Positions 14,894-28,059 of a stretch of 64,000 nucleotides of DNA are shown here, in pieces. The stretch is from the NCBI GenBank assembly GCA_009914755.4, contig CP068257.2, positions 41,088,001-41,152,000 on the forward strand, read 5' to 3'. The notes under the pieces were generated by a model, which worked only from the letters and a program-made list of their open reading frames with translations, was not told where the DNA came from and searched no databases. A program made the translations under genes and the position numbers. The first letter of the stretch is position 1. Each line of letters begins with the position of its first letter. This DNA comes from the human T2T-CHM13v2.0 reference genome, Homo sapiens.

Positions 14894-15360
14894 AAGTCTT
14901 TGTTGATATGGTTGGGGTTAGCTCTCCCAGTCTTTGTTCATATGGTTGGGGTTGGCTCTACCAGTCTTTGTTCATATGGTTGGGGTTAGCTCTACCAGTC
15001 TTTATTGATATGGTTGAGGTTAGCTCTACCAGTCTTTGTCGACATGGTTTGGGTTAGCTCTACCAGTCTTTGTCGATATGGTTGGGGTTAGCTCTACCAG
15101 TCTTTGTTGATATGGTTGGGGTTAGCTCTACCAGTCTTTGTTGATTAGCTCTCCCAGTCTTTGTTGATATGGTTGGGGTTAGCTCTACCAGTCTTTGTTC
15201 ATATGGTTGGGGTTAGCTCTACCAGTCTTTGTTGATATGGTTGAGGTTAGCTCTACCAGTCTTTGTTGATATGGTTGGGGTTAGCTCTACCAGTCTTTGT
15301 TCATATGGTTGGGGTTAGCTCTACCAGCCTTTGTTCATATGGTTGGGGTTAGCTCTACCA
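14894..15360. repeat. Minisatellite with a 34-bp unit (ggttggggttagctctaccagtctttgttgatat), about 14 copies, one copy internally deleted.
   Basis: A direct tandem array with over 90 percent inter-copy identity, visible by eye. The copy at about 15121-15160 is truncated. Confidence 0.95.
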
Positions 15361-15699
15361 CGTTGCTATTTGCTGTTTCTTGATCTTGGGTTTTGTTTTT
15401 CTGTTCCTCCTTTTCTGCCTTCTCCTGTGTTAATTGAATAAATTTTTGTTTTCCATTTTATTCCTTCTGCTGACTCTTTAGCTGTCTCTTTTTGCATTAT
15501 TTTTCCTCGGCTGTTGTAAGTGTTACAATATGCATCTTTACTTTTTTTTTTTTTTTTTTTTTACAATTGATAGACTTTGTTTTTTAGATTCACGGCAAAA
15601 TTGAGTGAAAAGTGTGGAGCTCCCACATGTTCCCCCCACACACAGACATTCAGCCTCTGCCACCGTCAACGTCCTGCATCAGATTGTATATTGGTTACA

Positions 15700-15990
15700 G
15701 CCGGGCGCACTGGCTCACGCCTGTAATCACAGCACTTTGAGAGGCCAAGGCAGGCAGATCACTGGAGGTCAGGAGTTCAAGACCAGACTGGCCAACATGG
15801 TGAAACCCTGTCTCTACTAAAAATATAAAAATTAGCCAGGCGTCATGGCGCACACCTGTAATGCCAACTACTTGGCAGGGGAATCGCTTGAATCCGGAAG
15901 GCGGAGGTTGCAGTGAGCTGAGATTGCATCACTGCACTCCAGCCTGGGCGACAGAGAGAGACTCTGTCTCCAGACAAAAGAAAAAAAAAA
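15700..15990 (+). mobile_element. Alu SINE with TSD tgta(t/c)attggttaca.
   Basis: AGCCGGGCGCACTGGCTCACGCC ... A-rich tail. Confidence 0.88.
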
Positions 15991-16071
15991 GACTGTACAT
16001 TGGTTACAATCAGTGAACCAACATTGACATATCCTTATCAGCCAAAGTCTATATTCCACCTCAGAATTCAC

Positions 16072-16236
16072 TCTCAGGGCTGTACATTCCCTGGGTTTGG
16101 ACAAATATATGATGACCTGTGTGTCCCATCCCAGTCTCAGACAGAATCGGTTCTCTCAGGGCTGTACATTCCCTGGGTTTGGACAAATATATGATGACCT
16201 GTGTGTCCCATCCCAGTCTCAGACAGAATCGGTTCA
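16072..16236. repeat. Two-copy tandem duplication of an 82-bp unit.
   Basis: ctctcagggctgtacattccctgggtttggacaaatatatgatgacctgtgtgtcccatcccagtctcagacagaatcggtt appears twice back to back and near-identically. Confidence 0.95.
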
Positions 16237-16299
16237 CTGCCTTCAAAACCCCCTGTGCGCCACCTATTCATCCCTCCCGCCCCAAGCCCCAGATCTTTT

Positions 16300-16950
16300 T
16301 ACTGTCTCCATAGTTTGGCCTTTTCCAGAATGTCACATAGTTGGAGTCATACAGAATAAAGCCTCTTCAGGTTTTCTTTCACTTACTAATATGTCTTTAA
16401 GATTCTTTTATGCCTTTTCCCGGCATCTTAGCATTGAAGCATATTCCATGGTCTGTATGTATCACAGTTTATTTGCCCACTCACCTATTGAAGAGCATCT
16501 TGGTTGCTTCCAGGTTTGGGCAGTTATGAATAAAGCTGCCATAAATATTTGTGCACAAGTTTTTGTGTGCACATAAGATTTTAACACATTTGGATAAATA
16601 CCAAGAAGCACAATTGCTGGATCTTTTGGTAACAGCATGTTTAGTTTTGTAAGAAGCTGCCAAACGGTCTTCCAAAGTGACTGGGCCATTTTGCACTCCC
16701 AGCAGCAATGAACGAGCATTCCTGCCGCTCCACATCCTCCCCAGCTTTTGTGTTTCAGTGTCTTGGATTTTCACCACTCTGATAGGTGTATTGCAGTATC
16801 TTCTTCTTGTTTTATTTTGCAATTCCCTAGTGACATATCATGATAAGCATCTTCTCATATGCCTGCTTTCCATCTGCATGTCTTCTTTGAGGTGTCTGTT
16901 CATATCTTTTGGCCACTTTTAATCATCCTGAACTTTTCACAATCTATTTA
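16300..16950 (-). mobile_element. Old L1 3' fragment (ORF2 C-terminus) in antisense orientation.
   Basis: Minus-strand ORFs 16462-16719 and 16481-16822 read ..CWECKMAQSLWKTVWQLLTKLNMLLPKDPAIVLLGIYP... like the L1 ORF2 C-terminus. Confidence 0.8.
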
Positions 16951-16977
16951 GAATTAATACTGTACCGCCTCACATAA

Positions 16978-17437
<460 letters not shown>

Positions 17438-17680
17438 TAGTTGTTTTCTGAAGAAATTATGAAAATAAACTTCCAGATAGTTTTTTAATAGTTGCCTATA
17501 TATTTGCCATTTCTGATGTTTTTATTTCTTCTCAACTTCCAACTTATATTATATCCCTTCACTCTAAAGCATTTCTTTTTTCTTTTAATGTTTCTTGCAG
17601 TGCATATCTGCTAGTAACTAATTCTCTCAGCTTTTGCTGATTGGAACATGCCTTTTTTTTTTTTTTTTTTTTTGAAATGA

Positions 17681-17848
<168 letters not shown>

Positions 17849-18261
17849 TGAGATCTCACTACTGCACTCCAGCCTGGGCAAGAGAGTGAGACTCCATCTC
17901 AAAAAAAAAAAAAATTTTTTTTGTATTTTTAGTAGAGACGAGGTTTCACCATGTTGGCCAGGTTGGTCTCGAACTCCTGACCTCAGGTGATCCACCCACC
18001 TCGGCCTCCCAAAGTGCTGGGATTACAGGCGTGAACCACCGTGCCCAGGCAAGGAACATGCCTTTATTTTGCCTTCATTGTGAAGGATGAGTTTTCATGG
18101 TGTGGAATTCTGCATTCACAGTTTGTTTTCTTTAAGAAGCTTAAAGATGTTGACTCACTTTCTTTCTGGCCTCCATTGTTTCTGATGAGAAGTCAGCTTA
18201 ATTTGATCATTATTCCTCTGTATGAAGTGTGTCTTTCTTCTCTGGCTGCTTTCTTTGGGGG

Positions 18262-18560
18262 TTTTTTGTTTGTTTGTTTGTTTGTTTGTTTGTTTTGTTT
18301 TGTTTTTGAGATGGAGTTTTTGCTCTGTTGCCCAGGCTAGAGTGCAGTGGTGCGATCTCGGCTCACTGCAACCTCCGCCTCCTGATTCTCCTGCCTCAGC
18401 CTCCAAGTAGCTGGGATTGCAGGTGCCCGCCACCAGGCCCAACTAATTTTTAGTAGAGACAGGATTTCACCATGTTGGCCAGGCTGGTCTCGAACTCTTG
18501 ACCTCAGGTGATCCACCCACCTCGGGCTCCCAAAGTGCTAGGATTACAGGCGTGAGCCAC
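18262..18560 (-). mobile_element. Alu SINE (with an internal deletion), TSD ctctggctg(c)tttc.
   Basis: The TSD lies at 18241-18254 and 18561-18575. Confidence 0.8.
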
Positions 18561-19723
18561 TGTGCCCAGGCCTCTGGCTGTTTTCAAGCTGTTGATTTCT
18601 TTCCTTTATCTTTAGGTTTCAGCAGTTGGACTATGATGTGCTTCAGTCTCATTTTCTTCTTATTTATCCTTCTTCATGTTCATTGAGCTTCCATGGACTA
18701 TGAATTTACCTTTTCAGCAAATTTGCAAAATTGTCAGCCATTACATGTTATATGTGCCATTCTTTCTCACTAATGACCTGTATGTTAGAAAGTTTGCTGT
18801 TGTCTTTCAAGTGACTGCAGCTTTGCGGTTTTTTATAATCTTTTTTTTCTTTGCCCTTCAAATTGGGTAATTTCTGTTGATCTGTCCTTGATTTCCCTGA
18901 CTCTTCCACTGACTCCAGACTTCTGTAAGTTGATCCATGAAGTTTTTTTTTGTTTAGGATATTATATTTTAAAATTCTAAAATTTGCACTTGACTCTTGT
19001 TCATAGATTTGTCTCTCGAGACTCCCCTCTGTTTACGATTTACTGACGCCGCTTTTGTTTCGGTGTTTGCACGTACCTGCAATTGCTGCATTAAAGTCTC
19101 GTTTGCTCATTTTGGCATCTGAGCCGGCAAGCGTCCAGGGTGTCTGAGGGATGATTTTCTCTTGGCCATGGGTCACATTTTCCTATTTCTTTGCATGTCT
19201 ATTTTTTATTGTAGACTAAGATTATGAATAACACCTAGGAGAGACATTGGATTTTGTTATCATCCTCTGAAGAGTGTTAATTTTGCTCCAGCAGTCAGTT
19301 CCGTTACTGACTGATCATCTGAACTTCGTGCAGCCTGGTTTTATGCTTTGTTGGGGTAGATCTCTAGACTGACCCTTCTGTGGTTTTAGTAGGAAGCCTG
19401 AGGTATTTATCAAGCCTCTCTAACTCGACTACATTTAAACTCCAAACTTTGTCTCCTCCACAGCAGGAGCTGAAACCTCTGCCACACTAGGCCCACAAAC
19501 ATGCGTCATTCAGGGATCCACCAAGGAACAGGGTAGTTTATACAGAATTTGGGTCCCACTGCCATGGCCTCCTCCTTTGGGAACTCTCCTTTCCATTTCC
19601 ATCCTCTCTGACAACCTAAAACTGTGTCATCTGACGCTTCAACCTGGAACTTTCTGCTTAAGTTTTAGCCATCTACATTATAAGGGCACTTTATAGCAAG
19701 AAATAGAATATTATTCCATTCTA

Positions 19724-20034
19724 GGCCAAGTACAGTGGCTCACACCTGACATCTCAGCACTTTGGGAGGCCGAGGTGGGTGGATCAACTGAGGTCAGGAG
19801 TTTGAAACCAGCCTGGCCAACATGGTGAAATCCTGTCTCTTCTAAAAAAAATTTTGAAAAAATTAGCCGGGTGTGGTGGCGCATACCTGTAATCCCAGCT
19901 ACTCAGGAGGCTGAGGCAGGAGAATCCCTTGAACCTGGGAGCCAGAGGTTGCAGTGAGCCGAGATGGCGCCACTGCCCTCCAGCCTGGGTGACAGAGTGA
20001 GAGTCTGTCTCAAAAATAAAAAAAAAAAAAAGAA
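19724..20034 (+). mobile_element. Alu SINE.
   Basis: GGCCAAGTACAGTGGCTCACACC ... A-rich tail. Confidence 0.88.
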
Positions 20035-20517
20035 ATATTCCTTCGTTCTTTTATAGGAGCATAGTACTTCATTTTGTAGATGTACTATTGTGTATCCTAC
20101 TGATAGATACTTGTGTTGCTTCCAGTCTTGTTTTTACAGCGATCAGATGGTTCTTCTTAATTTCTCTTGCTACAAATGTTGCTGCTGTGTACAACCTGTT
20201 AAAGTCCACAGATGGAGTAAAAGCTTTGGTTTGCAAAAATGACTCAATCTTTACAAACATTCTGTCATTTGTACCATAATCAATTAGTTTATTGGATCAC
20301 AGAATTGCCTGACAGAATCCTTCCTGGAACTAGTCTATGGGGTCATTTGGCATAGAGTCAAAGCCTCAGACACGATAAGCCAGAGTTGATTTCCTTTGGC
20401 TTCACATAATTAAACTTTCCCAGAGGATTATCAGGTTACAGTGACACACACACAGGCTGTCAGATAATGGACAAAGTCCCAGCAGCGTGTACAACCAGCT
20501 GGTGGCTCCCAAATTCA

Positions 20518-21549
<1,032 letters not shown>

Positions 21550-22325
21550 CTAATCCTAAGGAAGAGAGGAGGGCAGGGGGAGAAATTGCACCCAGTCAAA
21601 TGTAAACGATACAAAACGTGAAATTCCCCTCTCTGAAAATGAAAGGGAAAAAACTCGATTCAATGCCTGCCCCTGAGGTGAACCTGAAATGACAAGGCAG
21701 ACACTCTCCAGAACTTCACGTTTGGCCACCAGGGTCTTCAGTTGATTTTCCTTTCTTCGTCATATCTGAGTGGCTGAAACGCCAGTGATCTGGGATAGTC
21801 CTTTGGCTGCTGATAGACTTATGCAATCCCTTGGCAGGCAGGACAGGCCAGAGGAAGGGATCCTGTGCCTTTAAGGTCACTGTTAATCTTGTAACTTTAT
21901 TGTGTTCCTGGGCTATAAAGGAAATGTCGTCCTTGATCTGAATGTCTGTTTTATGATGTCCATAAACAGTGAATTGCCAGTGACTGTACCCTGAGTGAGA
22001 ACATCCTCAGCCAGTTGAATAGTTCAAGGGCAGTTGCAGGGGTCAGGAGAGAGCAAAAGTGGGACAGAAGATGAGTTTGCTTCCCAGGAAGAGAGACAGT
22101 GCCACCCCACCCCTCGCTGACAGGGAAGCCTTCCAGCCCTTCCTCCGAAGAGCCTTGGCTCTCAGGGGTCGGAGGTTGGACAAGAGCAGAAATAAAGGCA
22201 CCCTGCCCCCACCCCCCACAATCTTCCGGACGTCTAGAGTGCTTATCTCTTTGGGGGCAAGTAATGTGAATTATTTTCCCTAATGCAAAAATAAAAAATA
22301 AGAGACCCCTTTTACCCTTTTCTGA

Positions 22326-22643
<318 letters not shown>

Positions 22644-25530
22644 CAGCAGAGGTATTTTTTCTAATACTTGAGAAGTGTCTGCTAAGTATGTATTCACCGG
22701 AGGGTGCTCAGCACCTCGCCCTGTTGCTCTGGGTTGGGACTAACAAGGTGAAACATGGCTCATTGCATCATATTAATAGCATGCAAATCTAAGCCCAGTG
22801 ATGCCGTGCAATGGCTACGATCAAGGGCAATAGAATGGATCGTGCATGAGCTCCCAGGCCACACACACACGCCCTTGTGATGTATTATTCCCTCTACTCT
22901 TGCAGGTCGGTGCTTGGGATGCTAGTGCCCAAGCTGATGTTCCTAGGTCACCTCCCTCAATGCATGGGTCTAGGGGCCAGCATGTTCTATTGCTAGGGCC
23001 ATGTGTGCATTCGTTTGCCTAGGGGAGAAAAGTACACATTCCCATCAGCTCAGGTGCGTGGAGGACGGAAGAACTGCTGTTGCTGCTAGTATTCTCTTCA
23101 GCACAAGATAAAAAGGAGATAGGCAAATCAGCTGGCTGGCCAATCAAATTAACTTATTGTTACACTAATTTTTAGAATCAGAATTATGGGTCAGGCTGTG
23201 CTAGCAATCAGTGAAATCAAATTTCATGTCATTCTGCGCTGGGTAGACTCAGGATTTGCCTGAAACAAGTAAACAATTCCTGGAAGAAGTGGGCGAGGCA
23301 GAGGCTTGAACTATCCACTCAGACCAAGGAGGAGTCAGGCAATGGCTTCTGGGCATCGTGTGGGGTGGGGGCAGCCCCTGCCCTGGACACCCGTGAACAC
23401 GGAGGCAGCCGTGTGAACACCATGAGGCAGGGTGTCCATCCTGCCACCCACACAGCTGCGTCCTGCCCAGGAATGAGGCTGGCAGCCCATAGGCCCCTCC
23501 TCGGTCCCTCTAGAGGTTTGCTTCATTCCAGTACCCTTGGTTCTGTCAAGTGGGCAGGGCCTGGGCCCCTCTGCTGCAAACCCATGGCCCAAAGCGGACC
23601 TGATCCGGCAGCATCTAAAAACAGGACCCGGAGAATCTGCTGGACTCCAGGATTGCCCTGGAACAAACCTAAAGTCTCCTATGACATGCAAACAATTCTG
23701 CCAGCCCCGGCCAGCATTCCCTGCATGTGCTTATCAAGTGAGGAGGCCAGCAGGACTTAGCACCCAGGTGAGCACACTTCATTGAGTCCAGGTGTGTGCA
23801 GATGAGAAGCAGCCAGGAGTTGAGGCTGAAGAGGAGCCTACCTAAACCTGTCATTACAACTGATTGATCCTTGGTGTAGTCAAATCTTCTGCCTTTATGA
23901 AAGTCATGGTATCTAGAGGTAAATCCCCATCAGCTTGGAGCAGCACCATGAAATCCACTCTAGCATGCAGACTCGGGGGCACTTTTAGATATTCTATTGG
24001 TTGTTCTTGGGGGACAGCTTCCTTTGGAGAACATGTGAGTTGTCTGTGAATATCAGCTTGCTCTCCCTAGGTTTCCATCACATGGATCAGCGAGAGTTAA
24101 TGCTGACTCCCCCTCCCTCGGGGGCTTATTTGCAATCTCCCGATTTGCTCAAAAACTTCCAGGTCCAGAGGGACCCTAAAGACCCTGTCATGTCCCCCTG
24201 TGAATTACCAGCATCCCAGGCCATTGCTGGGTTTTCTTAAAACTATTAAGACACTATCAACGTGAAATGACTTGAATAGGCTTTAATTTTTAAAATTCAT
24301 TATACGTCCTGCAGCATTTAGGAAAAAGAGGGAGGTGTCACACATAATATCAAATTTGGCTGACACAAGGTGATTTTGCCACGAAGGTTGGGAAGGATGA
24401 ACATTTGCAATTGAAAACTGTTTGTTGCCCCCAGAATCCAGCGGTTTCAGGCTCTCTGAGGATTCCAGAGGTGCTAGAGGGGGTAAGGCCACATTCAGGT
24501 GGTGCAGGTGGGATTCACCCCTTCACAGCCTGGAGGTGGTGCCCGGAGCGCACCCTGTCACCCCAAGGATGATGACACCCCAGGGAAGGTGGTGGAAGCA
24601 GGAAGGGGAGGTCAGAGGAAAACTGGGGCCCTCAGTGGGCATCCGTGATGCGGAAACACTAATAATGCCAACAGCAATAGCAGAGGCAGGCAGGGCTTAC
24701 GTGGCCAGGGCTGGGCTGGTGCTGTCCTGAGCACTTGACATGCATGAAATCACAGTTGTTTTAAGTTCTGAACTCCCCTGGGAGGAAACTGTGGCCACAG
24801 CAGGAATTCCAATGATTCTAGGGTCAGGAGAGGAGGCACCCACTTCCTGATCAGGGCTCTGTTTGTGGATGCGTGGGTGTGGTTGGCCTTTGTGCACACT
24901 GGCGGTTTTGCTTCTTTCCCCCAGCAAAAGAATGCAGATTTTGCATTATCTAAAGAGGCGGTTCCGTGAGCCCACTGTGCTGAGTCACATATATTCCATC
25001 GGTGTAAGTACCACCACCTGGGCAGTGCCCCTGGAGTGTTCTCACTGGGAGCGCAGCTTTGTGTCTGTACCCTTCCTGAGAATAGCTGACATGCTGGCCT
25101 GGGTGGCGCATTGGCCGAGGTGTGGCTATGACAGACCAGGATACCAGCATCTGCCCCAGCACTGAACTGAGCACACCACAGAAGGTGTGGACAGAGTGGC
25201 ATGAAACATGACAGCTGCTTGTGCTCGAAATTAGATGTAGCCACACAAATCCTGTCGTGCTCAAAGGGTTCCATCTCCAAAGTCCAAAGGAAAACTCTTC
25301 CTTAACTGTTATTCCATTCTGTCTATACATTTCTTATTTTGAAGCAAGGATAGGTTCACACGCTGCTGTAATGATGCATGCAGAGAAAGCCCACTCATGG
25401 CCCGGTTTCTCCCAGTGGTGACATCTTGCAAAACTCTAGCACAATGTCACAGCCTGGCATTGACCGTGACACGGTCCAGATCCGGAACATGGCGTCCCCC
25501 ACAAGGATCCCACCTGCCGCTCTTTAATAG

Positions 25531-25941
<411 letters not shown>

Positions 25942-25999
25942 TAACGTTCTACACATGTAATCATGCAGTAGGTGACTTTGGGATTGGCGCCTTCCACCC

Positions 26000-26900
26000 A
26001 GCACAACCCCCTGGCATCCATCCGGGTTGTCGCCTATATCCGTGGTTCATTCCCTTCTTTCTGAGTCATACTCCGCGGTATGGATGGACCACGGTTGGTT
26101 CAACCATTCTCCCTTGAAAGGCATCTGCATCGTTTGCATTTGGGACTACTACAAATACATCCGCCGGGAACATGTGGACAGGCCTTTGTGTGAACATCAG
26201 TTCTCCGCGTACATCATCTCTCTGCCCTGGTGCTTGCATCTTTAGTTGGTTTTTTCTGTCTTTTGAAGAACCTACCAGACTGTTTTCAGAATGACTGTAC
26301 CATTTTTCATTCCCACCAGCCACGAGTGAGTGAGCCGTGTTTCCACGGGGGTTGGCATTATTTTGTATCCCAGCCATTTTGATAGGTGTGCAGTGGTGTC
26401 TCACTGTGGTTGTAACTGGCATTTCCTAATGGCTGAGTGGCTCTCAGCATCTCTTCATGGGCTTCTTTCCATCTGTGACTTTCTCCAGTACCCATCTGCT
26501 CATCTCTTGCCCGCTTTCAAGTTGGCTGGTTTTGTTTTCTACCATTGAGTTTTGACCATTCTTTATACATGCTATCTGCAAGTCTTTGTCAGATACGTGT
26601 CTTGCAAATATTTTCTGCCACACCGTAGCTTGTCTTGTCATCCTCTTACCAGGATCTTTCTCTGAGCGAAAATTTTCATTTTGATGAAGTCCAGTCTATC
26701 CATTTTTCTTTTTCTGGTTTGTGTTTTTGCTGTCAAGTCTAAGAACTCCCCACCTTACCGAAGACCCTGAAGATTTCTCCTATCTTCTCTCTGTGTTTTA
26801 TAGTTTCATGTTTTACATCTGTGGTCCACTTTGCATTGATTTTTATATAAACTGAATTCTAGGTCAAGGCTCTTTTTCTTGTTGGCCTGCGGATATCTAA
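26000..26900. mobile_element. Old L1 3'-end fragments (ORF2 C-terminus plus 3' UTR-like sequence).
   Basis: Minus-strand ORF 26066-26422 reads ..RHHCTPIKMAGIQNN..., weakly like the L1 ORF2 C-terminus. 26560-26900 carries the typical L1 3' phrases ttgtcagatacgtgtcttgcaaatattttct and ttttgatgaagtccagtctatccattttt. Confidence 0.55.
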
Positions 26901-26944
26901 TTTTTCCAACACTACTGAAACACTATTTCCAACACTATTACTGA

Positions 26945-26959
26945 ATGCCACCACGCCTG

Positions 26960-27011
<52 letters not shown>

Positions 27012-27185
27012 TTTTTTTTGTAGAGATGGAGATCTCTCTTTGTTCCCCGGCTGGTCTCAAACTCCTGGGCTCAAGCAATCCTCCAACCTCGACCTCCCAA
27101 AGTGCTGGGATTACAGGCATGCGCCACTGTGTGTGGCTGGTATTTTATTTATAATTTCAGTGTCTACATGGTCATTGCTAAGCTT
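26945..27185. repeat. Copy A of an about 240-bp direct repeat (partial Alu plus 45 bp of unique flank). Copy B lies at 27847-28060.
   Basis: Both copies share gtagagatggagatctctctttgttcccc...ggctggtattttatttataatttcagtgtctacatg(g/a)tcattgcta. Copy A carries (TA)17(T)28 where copy B carries (T)30. Confidence 0.85.
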
Positions 27186-27724
27186 TCTTTTCTCTGTTGA
27201 ATTGCTTTTACATCTGGGTCAAAAATCAGTTGGGCGTATTTGTATGGACATGGTCATAGGCCCTCTGTTTCTTTCCATTGCTCTACCTGTCTGTCTTTCT
27301 GCCAGTACCTCACAGTCTTGATTACCGAAATTATGTCATAAGTCTCAAAAATAAGATAGGCTGATTCCTCTCATTTTGTCTGTTGTTTTTCAAAATTGTT
27401 TTTATTCTTGTGAATCCTTTCCCTATCTAAATGTTAGAATAATCTCTATTTCTACAAAAAAAAAAAAAAAAAAAAAAGTCTTGCTAGGCTTTCAATGGGA
27501 ATTGTGTAAAACTTGTTTACCTATGTGGGGAGAATTTACTATGTTGAGTCTTCCAACCCATTAACATGGTCAGTCTTGCCATTTGTTTATATCTTCTTTG
27601 ATTTCTTTCATGAATGTTTTGTAGTTTTCAACATACAACTTCTGCATATGTTTTGTCAGTTTGACACCTAGGGGCATTTTTGAGTGACTGTAAATGGTAC
27701 TGGTGTTTGTTTGTTTGTTTTTGA

Positions 27725-27895
<171 letters not shown>

Positions 27896-28059
27896 TAGAG
27901 ATGGAGATCTCTCTTTGTTCCCCAGGCTGGTCTCAAACTCCTGGGCTCAAGCAACCCTCCAACCTCGACCTCCCAAAGTGCTGGGATTACAGGCATGTGC
28001 CACTATGTGTGGCTGGTATTTTATTTATAATTTCAGTGTCTACATGATCATTGCTAGTA

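Noticed and set aside
16097-16576. 159-aa plus-strand ORF.
   Set aside because: It spans the 82-bp tandem duplication and antisense L1 sequence, and contains the duplicated peptide twice. It is a repeat artefact.
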